A DNA stretch of 64,000 bases from Sphingobacteriia bacterium (GCA_015999745.1 JAECQP010000009.1:14025-78024), one strand, 5' to 3'. Numbered from the stretch's first letter, positions 9,654 to 19,226 are shown. The notes: generated by a model not told the origin, from the sequence alone. Program-made: numbers and translations.

Positions 9654-10910
9654 ATGATGATCAAAACAATAATCACATGCGGCTTCCTGTTCCTAACCCT
9701 GGCAGGCACAGCACAGCATAGGCTTGCAATCAAACCAATGGGCAAAAAAGATCTCCGGAATAAAGTCAGCTTTGCCTGCAATTTCTTTGGCAGCACAGCC
9801 GACTACCAACCGGTTTCAGCAGCATCCGTTACCGATGAAAATGCCGAAAAATGGATGTCTGACCTGGTTACCCGCATCACTTCTGTTGTAGGATTGCGCA
9901 ACCGGTTCAGGCTGGTGGCCCTGCAAAATTTCAACAATTGCGCAGCGGTCTGTTTCAATAATGAAACAGGGCAGGATCGGTTTATCCAGTTCGACCGGCA
10001 GTTCCTCGAAAGCTTCCAGAAGAAGACCAACAACAAATGGTTTGTAACGGGCGTGCTGGCCCACGAACTGGGACATCACTTTAACGGGCACTCGCTGGAT
10101 GGCATCGGCAGCAGGCCCGACAAGGAAATTGAAGCGGATGAATTTGCCGGGTTTATCATGCAGAAACTGGGAGCGAAAGAAGACGAAGCTGCATCCATAT
10201 TCAGTTTTTTGAACGAAACCGACGGCCCTCCCACCCATCCGGTTAAGTCCAAAAGATATGCGGCTGTATCCCGGGGATGGAACAGTGCGGCTGGCAACAA
10301 TATCTGGGTATCACTGTTACTGGAGAATGATGCGGATAAAAAAGAGATTGCTTATGAAGCGCTGATGGCCGCAAGAAACGAAACAGATGCCGGGCAAAAA
10401 CTGGCGCTGATTGAAAAAGCTTTGAAAAAAGTACCGGCTTATGCCGAAGCCATCAGCGAAAAAGGATTGGTATACCTGCAACAGAAACAATATAAAGCAG
10501 CGGAACAATACTGTGCGGAAGCCCTGATGCTGGAACCATATATTGGCGTACTTCGTTTGAACCTTGCAAAAGTGCTGATGGCCCGGCAACAATACGACAC
10601 TGCACTCAGTTTTATACAGGATGCCATTTATCTAAAGCCGGTGTTCCCCGAAGCGTATCACCAACGGGCGCTTTTATTGCTGGAGAAAAGGAACTATGCA
10701 CCCGCCGTAAGCGATTGTTTAGTAGCGCTATTGATGAACCCGAACAGTGCGGAGGCAAGGGCCGATATACTGATCAGTAAAGGCATTGCCCACAGTGGAT
10801 TGCATCAGCAGGAAGCAGCAACGCAATGCTTTGCCGAGGCGGAGCAGCTCGACCCCAATAACAAAAGAATAGCTGAATATCGTTCTTCAATAAACAGGAA
10901 GTTTCCTTAA
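9654..10910 (+). CDS. Secreted HExxH zinc-metallopeptidase-like domain fused to TPR repeats
   Basis: Signal peptide MMIKTIITCGFLFLTLAGTAQ; metal motif LAHELGHHFNGH followed by EIEADEFAGF. The C-terminal half has TPR-like repeats (AYAEAISEKGLVYLQQKQYKAAEQY...). Confidence 0.65.
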   Translation: MMIKTIITCGFLFLTLAGTAQHRLAIKPMGKKDLRNKVSFACNFFGSTADYQPVSAASVTDENAEKWMSDLVTRITSVVGLRNRFRLVALQNFNNCAAVCFNNETGQDRFIQFDRQFLESFQKKTNNKWFVTGVLAHELGHHFNGHSLDGIGSRPDKEIEADEFAGFIMQKLGAKEDEAASIFSFLNETDGPPTHPVKSKRYAAVSRGWNSAAGNNIWVSLLLENDADKKEIAYEALMAARNETDAGQKLALIEKALKKVPAYAEAISEKGLVYLQQKQYKAAEQYCAEALMLEPYIGVLRLNLAKVLMARQQYDTALSFIQDAIYLKPVFPEAYHQRALLLLEKRNYAPAVSDCLVALLMNPNSAEARADILISKGIAHSGLHQQEAATQCFAEAEQLDPNNKRIAEYRSSINRKFP

Positions 10911-11572
10911 CCTTCCTTATCGAAGCTGACGCATTCTTTCAACTCTTTTTCGGAGTAGGCCAGTTTATACTGTTTCAACACATCATCAGGAACCCCATTC
11001 CACTGGTTGGGTGTATTGCCCATATATCCCAGGTCTTTCACGCCGATCTCCGCTGTATAAAATCCGGTTACCACCAGGTCGCGCACGAGGTTAAAGAAGG
11101 CAACCCCCTGTTTCACTTCGGGTTTTGCTTTATCCGGGTAAGCTATTTCGTTTACAATGGCGATCTGTTGTTTGGCATCGCAGTCGGTAAATGATTTTTC
11201 AAAACGCTTGTAGCTATGGAGGTCCAGCCAGCGCAGTCCCCCGCGCAGCGGGGTTTGGTGCGAAGGCATATCTTTTACAATAAACTCAATGAATGCAGGT
11301 ACTTTGGCATCGCTGGCGCTGCCGCTCACTTCATCTTTAGGTATAATGATATCGCCCAATACCGTAATGGTAGCCATTTCATGCGCATCAAAAAAAAGTG
11401 CCTCTTTAGACAGTTTTGCCAGGTAGTCCTTTTCCTCCTGCATCCGGTCTTCCAGGGAAGCATCAGCAGAAGCAGCAATGGCTTTCTTATCGGCACTCTT
11501 ACAGGCTTCCACCATTACGCCGGCGCCAACGGCGCCGATCATGAGCGCTTTGATTGATTTTCTCCTGTCCAT
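10907..11572 (-). CDS. Gluconate 2-dehydrogenase subunit-3-like small subunit with Tat-type signal
   Basis: The MDRRKSIKALMIGAVGAGVMVEAC N-terminus is Tat/lipobox-like. It lies 1 nt downstream of a GMC oxidoreductase gene, a pairing I recognise from Bacteroidota. Confidence 0.6.
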   Translation of the reverse strand: MDRRKSIKALMIGAVGAGVMVEACKSADKKAIAASADASLEDRMQEEKDYLAKLSKEALFFDAHEMATITVLGDIIIPKDEVSGSASDAKVPAFIEFIVKDMPSHQTPLRGGLRWLDLHSYKRFEKSFTDCDAKQQIAIVNEIAYPDKAKPEVKQGVAFFNLVRDLVVTGFYTAEIGVKDLGYMGNTPNQWNGVPDDVLKQYKLAYSEKELKECVSFDKEG

Positions 11573-11573
11573 C

Positions 11574-13313
11574 TTATAAGTTTTGTTTTTTCATTTGGTC
11601 AATGATGTATTCGCTGGCCCGCATGCTGAGTGCAAGGATGGTCCAGGTGATATTCTTGTCGGCCTGTGATGTAAACTGGCTGCCGTCTACACAGAACAAT
11701 GTTTTACAATCGTGCGCCTGGCTCCATTTGTTGAGCGCAGAAGTTTTTTTATCGCTCCCCATCCGCACAGTACCTGCTTCATGAATGATATTGCCGGGAT
11801 TGGACAGTCCATAATTATTGGAAGCATCATCATCACCCCAGGTAATGATCGCGCCCATATTGTGCATGATCTCTTTGAAGGTTTCCTTCATATGTTTGGC
11901 CTGCTTGATTTCATAGTCGGAGTTTTTAGTATGAAAACGCAGCACAGGAATACCATACTTGTCTACCACATTCGGATCGATCTCGCAATAATTGTTGATA
12001 TCAGGAACAGCCTCCCCTCTTCCGGCCATTCCAACTCCGGCGCCGTAAAAGAAACGCACATCTTCTTTTAAAGAAGCGCCATAACCGCCCGCTTCCTTGG
12101 TTTTACCATTCACCTGAAATTTACCATTCTGCCCCTGTATACCCATTCCAAAACCATAAGCGGGCTGCCCCATGCCACCCCAGTATTCAATATGGTAACC
12201 GCGGGGAAAATCCAGTTTTTTATTGTCCAGCCACCATGGCGTGTATACGTGCATACCACCTACCCCATCTTCGTTGTAACGCTTTCTGCCAAAGAGTTCC
12301 GGCAATACGCCACCCATTGCAGCGCCGGTGGAATCGTGCAGGTACTTACCCACCACATTGCTTTCATTGGCAAGACCATTCGGATGCCTTTTGGATTTGG
12401 AGTTGAGCAGTAAACGTGCCGTTTCACAGGTACTCGCAGCCAGGATTACCACCCTGCCACTGACCTGGTATTCCATCATATCCGGTTTATTAACATAAGA
12501 TACCCCGGTAGCCAGTCCCTCTTCGTTGGTGATCACCTCTCTAACCATGGCCTGTGTAATCACATCCACATTACCGGTTTTGAGTGCCGGCTTTACCAGC
12601 ACGGATCCGGAAGAAAAATCTCCATACACTTTGCAACTCCTGCCGCACTGCGCGCAGAAGAAACAGGCGCCCCTGTCGTCGTTGATTTTTTTAGTGAGAA
12701 TAGAAAGCCGGGAAGGAATTACCGGGATGCCGATACCGGTAGCTGATTTCTTAATCATCAGTTCGTGCAGGCGGGGTTTGGGCGGAGGAAGGAAGATTCC
12801 ATCCGGATCGTTCTCCAATCCCTCGTTGCTGCCGAATACGCCAATCAGGCGGTCGATCTTATCGTAATAAGGTTTTACATCTTCGTAACCGATAGGCCAG
12901 TCTTCACCCAGTCCATCAATACTTTTCCTTTTAAAATCCTTTGGACCGAAGCGGAGTGAAATCCTGCCCCAGTGATTGGTACGACCACCCATCATACGGG
13001 CTCTCCACCACTCAAACTTTTCACTGCCCGGAGCCTGTGTATACGGTTCTCCATCAATTTCCCAACCCCAGTAGCAGCCATCAAAATCACCAAAGGGGCG
13101 AAACTTGGTACTGGCGCCTCTCCTGGGAGAATCCCATGGGTTTTTCAACTGGGAAGAATTGACTGCAGGATCATAATCAGCGCCTGCCTCAAGAAGACAG
13201 ACTTTTAGTCCTGCCTTTGCCAAAGTATAGGCAGCCATTCCGCCGCCTGCACCCGAGCCAACAATTACCGCATCGTATTTTTTAGTTTGTTTTTTGATCT
13301 GGAAATCTCCCAT
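11574..13313 (-). CDS. GMC-family FAD-dependent oxidoreductase
   Basis: Contains the Rossmann motif YDAVIVGSGAGGGMAA, and its length and C-terminal region are GMC-like. Start chosen at the internal ATG (13313); the track ORF extends to 13364. Confidence 0.8.
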   Translation of the reverse strand: MGDFQIKKQTKKYDAVIVGSGAGGGMAAYTLAKAGLKVCLLEAGADYDPAVNSSQLKNPWDSPRRGASTKFRPFGDFDGCYWGWEIDGEPYTQAPGSEKFEWWRARMMGGRTNHWGRISLRFGPKDFKRKSIDGLGEDWPIGYEDVKPYYDKIDRLIGVFGSNEGLENDPDGIFLPPPKPRLHELMIKKSATGIGIPVIPSRLSILTKKINDDRGACFFCAQCGRSCKVYGDFSSGSVLVKPALKTGNVDVITQAMVREVITNEEGLATGVSYVNKPDMMEYQVSGRVVILAASTCETARLLLNSKSKRHPNGLANESNVVGKYLHDSTGAAMGGVLPELFGRKRYNEDGVGGMHVYTPWWLDNKKLDFPRGYHIEYWGGMGQPAYGFGMGIQGQNGKFQVNGKTKEAGGYGASLKEDVRFFYGAGVGMAGRGEAVPDINNYCEIDPNVVDKYGIPVLRFHTKNSDYEIKQAKHMKETFKEIMHNMGAIITWGDDDASNNYGLSNPGNIIHEAGTVRMGSDKKTSALNKWSQAHDCKTLFCVDGSQFTSQADKNITWTILALSMRASEYIIDQMKKQNL

Positions 13314-13371
13314 ATAGCGTTCATTTTCTAAATAGAATTCAATATAAGCATTAACTGAATGCACAAAAAAA

Positions 13372-13397
13372 ATATCCTCCGGTGTACTGGAGGATAT
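13372..13397 (-). terminator. Rho-independent terminator downstream of nrdJ
   Basis: Perfect 9-bp stem ATATCCTCC / GGAGGATAT with an 8-nt loop. On the minus strand it is followed by a T8 run (A8 at 13364-13371 on the plus strand). Confidence 0.75.
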
Positions 13398-13430
13398 TTT
13401 ATCAGTGGCAAGGATTATTAACTATAAAAA

Positions 13431-16400
13431 CTAACTGCATCCCATGCTGGTGCCGCAGTTCAAACATTTATAACAGGTACCGCTACGGATGGTCAGGTGG
13501 CCGCAGGTGCTGCACGCAGGTGCATCGCTCTGCATTCCTTTGGCGTGCGCATTTACCGCATCCATTCCGGCATCTGCCCTAACAGCAGTACTGCGTTGTA
13601 ATTTAGAAGAAGCAGGAGCTGTTGCAGGGGTAGCGTTAGGAGACGGAGCAGTAACACGGATGCTGCTCAGCTCAGGCTTTCCCAGGAAAGTAGCCTCCTC
13701 GTCATCACCCAGGTTGCCTACCTGCGGCCGGTCCAGTACATGAACCAGGTCTGTTCTGTCGAGGTATTCGTATGCCAGTGCGCGGAATACGAAGTCTACA
13801 AGAGAGGTAGTTGTTTTGATATTCGGATGGTCTACCATACCGGATGGCTCGAACTTGGTGAATACAAATTTCTCTACAAACTCTTCCAGCGGAACACCAT
13901 ATTGCAGGCCAACGGAAATAGCAATAGCGAAACAGTTCATGAAACTGCGGAGGGTAGAGCCTTCCTTCGCCAGATCAATGAAAATCTCTCCCAGTGTACC
14001 ATCGGCGTATTCACCGGTACGCAGGAAGATCACCTGACCGCCGATCTTCGCTTTTTGTGTAAATCCACGGCGCTTGGAAGGCAGGGATTTCTTCTCAACG
14101 ATACCGGAAAGCTGACGCTTCAGTTTGGTATCGGTAGAAGCAGCCATGCGCTTCTGCACTTCTTCCAGCAATTCGTCTACAGTTAATTTGCTCAGATCAA
14201 CAATATTGGATACAGACGCTTCTGCTACAGCAGTTTCTTCTGCAACTGCTTCCGCGGTATCTTCTGATTTTTTCTTTTTCTCAGATTTGTTGCTCAATGG
14301 CTGACTGAGTTTGGAACCATCCCGGTACAGGGCATTCGCTTTCAGGCCCAGTTGCCAGCTCAGCATGTAGCAATCTGCAATTTCTTCTACAGTTGCTTCG
14401 TGCGGCAGGTTAATGGTTTTGGAGATCGCACCGCTCAGGAATGGCTGACAAGCCGCCATCATACGGATATGACCGTAAGCATGGATATATCTTTCTCCTT
14501 TCTTACCACATTTGTTGGCACAATCAAATACCGGCAGATGCGCTTCTTTCAGGTAAGGGGCGCCTTCTATCGTCATGGTACCACATACATAATCGTTGGC
14601 GGCATCAATTTGTTCTTCGGTAAAGCCCAGCGCTTCCAGGAGGTTAAAGCTCCAGTCGGCGTATTCCGGCTCGCTAAAGCCTAAACGCTGCATACACTCA
14701 TCGCCTAAAGTAAAGCGGTTGAAGATGAAGCCGATTTCAAAAGCAGAGCGGGCGGCGCCATTCAGTTTTTCAATTTCAGCAGGCGTAAACCCTAAGGCAG
14801 CCAGGCTGGCGTTGTTGATGAACGGGGCGTTTTCAAAGCTGGCAGCGCCTACGGCATATTGCTCAATGGCCTGCGCTTCTTTTTCGTTGTAACCCAGGTT
14901 TTTCAGGGCCTGGGGAACAGACTGGTTGATAATTTTGAAGTACCCGCCGCCACTTAATTTTTTAAACTTCACCAGTGCAAAGTCAGGCTCAACACCCGTT
15001 GTATCGCAATCCATTACCAGGCCAATGGTGCCGGTAGGAGCAATCACCGTGGTTTGTGCATTGCGGTAACCATGTTCTTCACCCAGTTGAACGGCGTCGT
15101 CCCATGCTTTGGTAGCCGCTTTCAACATATAATCAGGACAGTATTGGGCTTTGATACCCTGTGGTTTGATCTCCAGGCCAACATAAGCATCAGTTGCATC
15201 GTATGCAGCAGCACGGTGGTTGCGCATTACACGGAGCATATCTTCCTTATTCTCTTCATATTTATCGAAAGCGCCGAGGAAGGAAGCCATTTCGGCGGAT
15301 GTTTTATAAGCAATACCGGTCATGATAGCAGAGATAGCGCCGGCAATACCGCGGGCTTCTTCGCTATCATAAGAGATACCGCTAACCATCAGCATGGAAC
15401 CAAGATTGGCAAAGCCAAGACCCAGGGTTCTGTAGTCGTAAGAAAGCTGCGCCACTTCTTTAGAAGGGAACTGCGCCATCAGTACGGAGATTTCCAGAAC
15501 GGTGGTCCATAAACGGGTAGTGTATTCAAAACCTTCCACATCAAAGATATTGGTATCGTCGTTGTGGAACTTGCGGAGGTTGATGGAAGCCAGGTTACAG
15601 GCGGTATTGTCTAAGAACATGTACTCAGAACATGGGTTAGACGCATTGATACGGCCACCTTTAGGGCAGGTATGCCATTCATTGATCGTGGTATCATATT
15701 GTGTACCCGGATCTGCACAACGCCATGCAGCATAGGAAATCTGCTCCCACACTTTAGCGGCGGGGATTTTTTTCATTACACGGCCATCGGTTCTGGCTTT
15801 CAGTTCCCAGTCACCGTCATCGGCCAGCGCTTTAAAGAATTCGTTGGGGATACGAACAGAGTTGTTGGAGTTCTGTCCGGATACGGTTGCATAGGCTTCT
15901 CCCTCATATCCGTTATCGTAACCCGCCTGTACAAGGGCGGCTACTTTCTTCTCTTCTTCTACTTTCCAGTTGATAAACTCCATGATTTCGGGGTGATCCA
16001 GGTCAAGACAAACCATTTTGGCAGCTCTTCTGGTGGTACCGCCGCTCTTGATAGCGCCTGCAGCACGGTCACCGATTTTAAGGAAACTCATCAAACCGCT
16101 GGAAGTACCGCCGCCGCTTAATTTCTCACCGCCGCCACGAATCTGGGAGAAGTTGGTTCCCACGCCGGAACCGTATTTGAAGATACGGGCTTCACGGGTC
16201 CAGAGATCCATAATACCTCCTTCGTTTACCAGGTCGTCGTTTACGCTGAGGATAAAGCAGGCATGCGGCTGAGGACGCTCGTAAGCGTTGGTGGATTTCT
16301 TCAGCTTACTGTCTTTGGGGTCTACATAATAGTGTCCCTGTGGTTTGCCGGTAATGCCATACACTTCGTGCAGGCCGGTATTAAACCATTGTGGAGAGTT

Positions 16401-16796
16401 AGGTACGCAGGCCTGGTTCAGGATGCTGTAGGTTAACTCATCATAAAATATCTGTGCATCTTTTTTAGAAGCAAAATAGCCGTAGCGTTCGCCCCATACA
16501 CGCCAGCAATGGGCCATACGATGGGCAACCTGCTTAACGCTGGTTTCTCTGCCGAGAGAACCATCCGGTTGCGGAACACCTGCTTTACGGAAATACTTTT
16601 GAGCAAGAATATCTGTAGCAATCTGACTCCATTGTTTAGGAACCTCTACATTATTCATCTCGAATACCTTTTCCCCGTTAGGGTTTTTGATTACGCTGTC
16701 GCGGTAATCGTATTCGAACATATCGAAAGGGCTTACACCATCTTTGGTGAAGCGGCGGCTGAACTGCAAGCCTTTGTTGGCGCGTGGGTTAGACAT
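13431..16796 (-). CDS. nrdJ: Adenosylcobalamin-dependent (class II) ribonucleotide reductase, long form with C-terminal Cys4 zinc ribbon
   Basis: 1121 aa. Motifs include NPCSEYMFLDNTACNLASINL (active-site Cys region) and TVIAPTGTIG, with C-terminal CSTCGHLTIRSGTCYKCLNCG. Confidence 0.9.
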   Translation of the reverse strand: MSNPRANKGLQFSRRFTKDGVSPFDMFEYDYRDSVIKNPNGEKVFEMNNVEVPKQWSQIATDILAQKYFRKAGVPQPDGSLGRETSVKQVAHRMAHCWRVWGERYGYFASKKDAQIFYDELTYSILNQACVPNSPQWFNTGLHEVYGITGKPQGHYYVDPKDSKLKKSTNAYERPQPHACFILSVNDDLVNEGGIMDLWTREARIFKYGSGVGTNFSQIRGGGEKLSGGGTSSGLMSFLKIGDRAAGAIKSGGTTRRAAKMVCLDLDHPEIMEFINWKVEEEKKVAALVQAGYDNGYEGEAYATVSGQNSNNSVRIPNEFFKALADDGDWELKARTDGRVMKKIPAAKVWEQISYAAWRCADPGTQYDTTINEWHTCPKGGRINASNPCSEYMFLDNTACNLASINLRKFHNDDTNIFDVEGFEYTTRLWTTVLEISVLMAQFPSKEVAQLSYDYRTLGLGFANLGSMLMVSGISYDSEEARGIAGAISAIMTGIAYKTSAEMASFLGAFDKYEENKEDMLRVMRNHRAAAYDATDAYVGLEIKPQGIKAQYCPDYMLKAATKAWDDAVQLGEEHGYRNAQTTVIAPTGTIGLVMDCDTTGVEPDFALVKFKKLSGGGYFKIINQSVPQALKNLGYNEKEAQAIEQYAVGAASFENAPFINNASLAALGFTPAEIEKLNGAARSAFEIGFIFNRFTLGDECMQRLGFSEPEYADWSFNLLEALGFTEEQIDAANDYVCGTMTIEGAPYLKEAHLPVFDCANKCGKKGERYIHAYGHIRMMAACQPFLSGAISKTINLPHEATVEEIADCYMLSWQLGLKANALYRDGSKLSQPLSNKSEKKKKSEDTAEAVAEETAVAEASVSNIVDLSKLTVDELLEEVQKRMAASTDTKLKRQLSGIVEKKSLPSKRRGFTQKAKIGGQVIFLRTGEYADGTLGEIFIDLAKEGSTLRSFMNCFAIAISVGLQYGVPLEEFVEKFVFTKFEPSGMVDHPNIKTTTSLVDFVFRALAYEYLDRTDLVHVLDRPQVGNLGDDEEATFLGKPELSSIRVTAPSPNATPATAPASSKLQRSTAVRADAGMDAVNAHAKGMQSDAPACSTCGHLTIRSGTCYKCLNCGTSMGCS

Positions 16797-17191
16797 AGAT
16801 TAAACTTTTTATAAATCCCGGCGTAACGATTTTTTTGTTGAGGCGGTAGACGAAAATATTCTTCCGTTCTCACAATTCAAGGTTGTAAATATGCACAGGT
16901 TGTGGAAAAGGATGGTGGATAATTTTGTACCTCAAATCCTGATTGATTTTGCTTGATTATACACAGTGTGTAGACAACTATCTTAAAAAAAATTCAGGAC
17001 ATATTAGTAGATTATTCAGCATGTTTTTGCTATATGGACGGGGGAAAATTGCTTTAAAGACGCCGAAAACGCATTTTAGTGGTAAGAACACTACAAACAG
17101 CCGTTATTCCTGAAAGCCGGGCTTAAAAACCTGAAATACTGCTTTAAACGAAAACTTTTCTGCATTTTTGCAGGACCAGAATCAATCACTG

Positions 17192-17953
17192 ATGGAGCAT
17201 ACCATATATCAACAATTTACAGAGCGTAAAAAGCTGGGCAAAAAGTCCTTTGCTGTATTGATTGATCCTGACAAGGTAGATCCCGACACCATTAACCAAT
17301 TGGTTCAACTGGGCCAGGAAGCCAGGGTGGATTACTTTTTTGTTGGGGGAAGTCTTGTGATCTCCAGCCACCTGGACGAATGCATCCAACAGATTAAAAC
17401 AACCTGTGACATACCTGTTGTGTTGTTTCCGGGCTCCCCCTCGCAGGTGAGCCGGTATGCGGACGCCCTGTTATACCTTTCCCTGATCTCCGGCAGAAAC
17501 CCGGAGTTACTGATCGGCCAGCATGTAATCAGCGCCCCTTTTGTAAAGAAAAGCGGGTTAGAGATCATGCCAACCGGGTATATGGTCATCGACGGCGGCG
17601 CCCCTACCACGGTTTCCTATATTTCCAATGCCACTCCAATCCCTGCCGACAAGAACGAAATAGCCATGTGTACCGCTATGGCCGGCGAAATGCTGGGCAT
17701 GAAACTGATCTATATGGATGCGGGAAGCGGCGCCAAGCGCCCGATTACAGAGCAGATGATTGAAAAAGTAGCCCGCAATATTGCAGTTCCCCTGATTATT
17801 GGCGGCGGCATTACCGAGCCGGAAAAAGCCTACCTCAACTGCAAGGCCGGAGCCGATGTGATTGTAGTAGGGAATGCCATTGAAAAAAATCCCGGCCTGA
17901 TCAAAGAGATCAGCGATGCCGTGCACAGTGTGGCGGCCGTGAAAATCGATTAA
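17192..17953 (+). CDS. Geranylgeranylglyceryl phosphate synthase family protein (PcrB/GGGPS, TIM barrel)
   Basis: SFAVLIDPDK..., DYFFVGGS, and C-terminal PLIIGGGI...ADVIVVGNAIE are typical of GGGPS/PcrB. Start taken at the ATG 17192 (track ORF starts at TTG 17168). Confidence 0.75.
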   Translation: MEHTIYQQFTERKKLGKKSFAVLIDPDKVDPDTINQLVQLGQEARVDYFFVGGSLVISSHLDECIQQIKTTCDIPVVLFPGSPSQVSRYADALLYLSLISGRNPELLIGQHVISAPFVKKSGLEIMPTGYMVIDGGAPTTVSYISNATPIPADKNEIAMCTAMAGEMLGMKLIYMDAGSGAKRPITEQMIEKVARNIAVPLIIGGGITEPEKAYLNCKAGADVIVVGNAIEKNPGLIKEISDAVHSVAAVKID

Positions 17954-18195
17954 GTTCTACGAATAATACCTGCTTAAGCGTTTGATGCCTTTTTTCAAAT
18001 ATTCCCTATAGCCGACTAAACAGGGCCTTAAAACAGCTAACCTGCAATCGTTGCACATAGCCAGGAGCAGATGTTTGGCTTTTTATGGCAGTTATACTTT
18101 TTATAATCATTACAGATTGTAAAAAGAGGAATATAAATTCAGAACGAAAAGGATTTAACGATATAGCTATTTCGATAATAGTAAACTTAGATCTA

Positions 18196-18375
18196 ATGAT
18201 GGCAAAACGAAAAATGTCGCTCAAAGAACTTTCCGAAAAAGTAGGCTTAACGCTGTCTAACCTTTCTATCTTGAAAACAGGAAAAGCCATCCGGTTTAGT
18301 ACACTGGAAGCAATATGTGAAGTGTTGAATTGCCAGCCGGAGGACATTTTAAAATATGTGAACATCGAAAAATGA
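18196..18375 (+). CDS. Small XRE-family HTH transcriptional regulator (YozG-like)
   Basis: MMAKRKMSLKELSEKVGLTLSNLSILKTGKAIRFSTLEAICEVLNCQPEDILKY. The start is uncertain: homologs I recall begin a few residues earlier (IIVNLD...), and the track ORF extends to 18085. Confidence 0.7.
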   Translation: MMAKRKMSLKELSEKVGLTLSNLSILKTGKAIRFSTLEAICEVLNCQPEDILKYVNIEK

Positions 18376-18429
18376 ATCAACGGATGAAAATACCAACCAC
18401 TAATTAAACGATCCAATAAACAATCAACA

Positions 18430-18915
18430 ATGAAAAAAATCATTACCCTTCTTTTATTTATTCCTGTAACCTTAATGGCCCAAACAGACAGTACAGTTTT
18501 GACTTTACAGGAAGGAACTATTATTAAAGCCGCTTTAACAAAAAGTATCAATGGCAAAGAAGTAAATGTGGGTGAAATAGTTGACTTTGAACTAAGCGAA
18601 AATATTATCATAAATGACCAGGTAGCTATTTCAAAAGGGGCAAAAATAACAGGTTCAGTAACAGATGCACAACGCTCTAAAGCTCTAGGGAAAAAAGGCA
18701 AACTTGCATTTAGTATCGACTATCTTTATTTGTCAAATGGGCAAGTAATAAAACTGAGAAGCCAGATAGAAAAGAATTTAAAAGGTAGTGGTGCAGCAGT
18801 AGCGGCAGGTGCAATTCTTCTTTCTCCTCTTGCATTAATATTCAATGGGAAAAACGCTAAATATGAGAAAGGCGAAGTGTTTACAGCTTACGTTGACAAA
18901 GAAATAAAACTATAA
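18430..18915 (+). CDS. Secreted beta-rich protein with C-terminal Gly/Ala-rich hydrophobic segment, unknown function
   Basis: Signal peptide MKKIITLLLFIPVTLMAQ. The pattern LQEGTIIKAALTKSI...GEIVDFELSENIII...ISKGAKITGSV...GKLAFSIDYLYLSNGQVIKL resembles the beta-barrel repeats of TrbI/VirB10-like proteins, but this is a weak visual call. Confidence 0.35.
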   Translation: MKKIITLLLFIPVTLMAQTDSTVLTLQEGTIIKAALTKSINGKEVNVGEIVDFELSENIIINDQVAISKGAKITGSVTDAQRSKALGKKGKLAFSIDYLYLSNGQVIKLRSQIEKNLKGSGAAVAAGAILLSPLALIFNGKNAKYEKGEVFTAYVDKEIKL

Positions 18916-19226
18916 AAGCGAATACACAAAAGAGAGTTTGGCATTATTGGGGCGTAGGTTACTCACAAAACGGTCATCAACTGTGGCATGCAGTACTTGC
19001 AATTATATTGCTGCACAGGCAATGCAATGAAAAGTAAAAAGCATATCTTCAGCTACAAAACAAATCTCTTCGACAGAAGACCAGGCTTGTTTTATAAAAG
19101 ATTTCAAAGAATTTAATAGATATAACCTGAAGATGTCTTTACTTTTTTACAGAGCCGGTTAATTCATGTCGTATTTTTACAATTTTGCGACTTTTTCAAT
19201 TCCCATTTTTGCAAAAAACAATAAAG

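Noticed and set aside
16870-16975. Possible NrdR boxes upstream of nrdJ
   Set aside because: The dyads have only 4-5 bp arms. They do not fit the 16-bp ACACnAnATATnTnGTGT-like consensus or the usual tandem spacing, so I do not call them NrdR sites.
17985-18005. CTTTTTTCAAATAT near 17990 and CTTTTTAAATAT near 21953 as possible direct repeats flanking the AT-rich segment
   Set aside because: The strings are short, imperfect and very AT-rich. The second copy is simply the T-tail of a terminator, so chance similarity is the simpler explanation.
18006-18701. 231-aa minus-strand ORF spanning the XRE gene and the start of the next gene in an AT-rich region
   Set aside because: The translation is low-complexity (runs of F/I/S/K) with no recognisable motif. 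It is antisense to two plus-strand genes that have clear family or signal-peptide features, so it is most likely a chance open frame.
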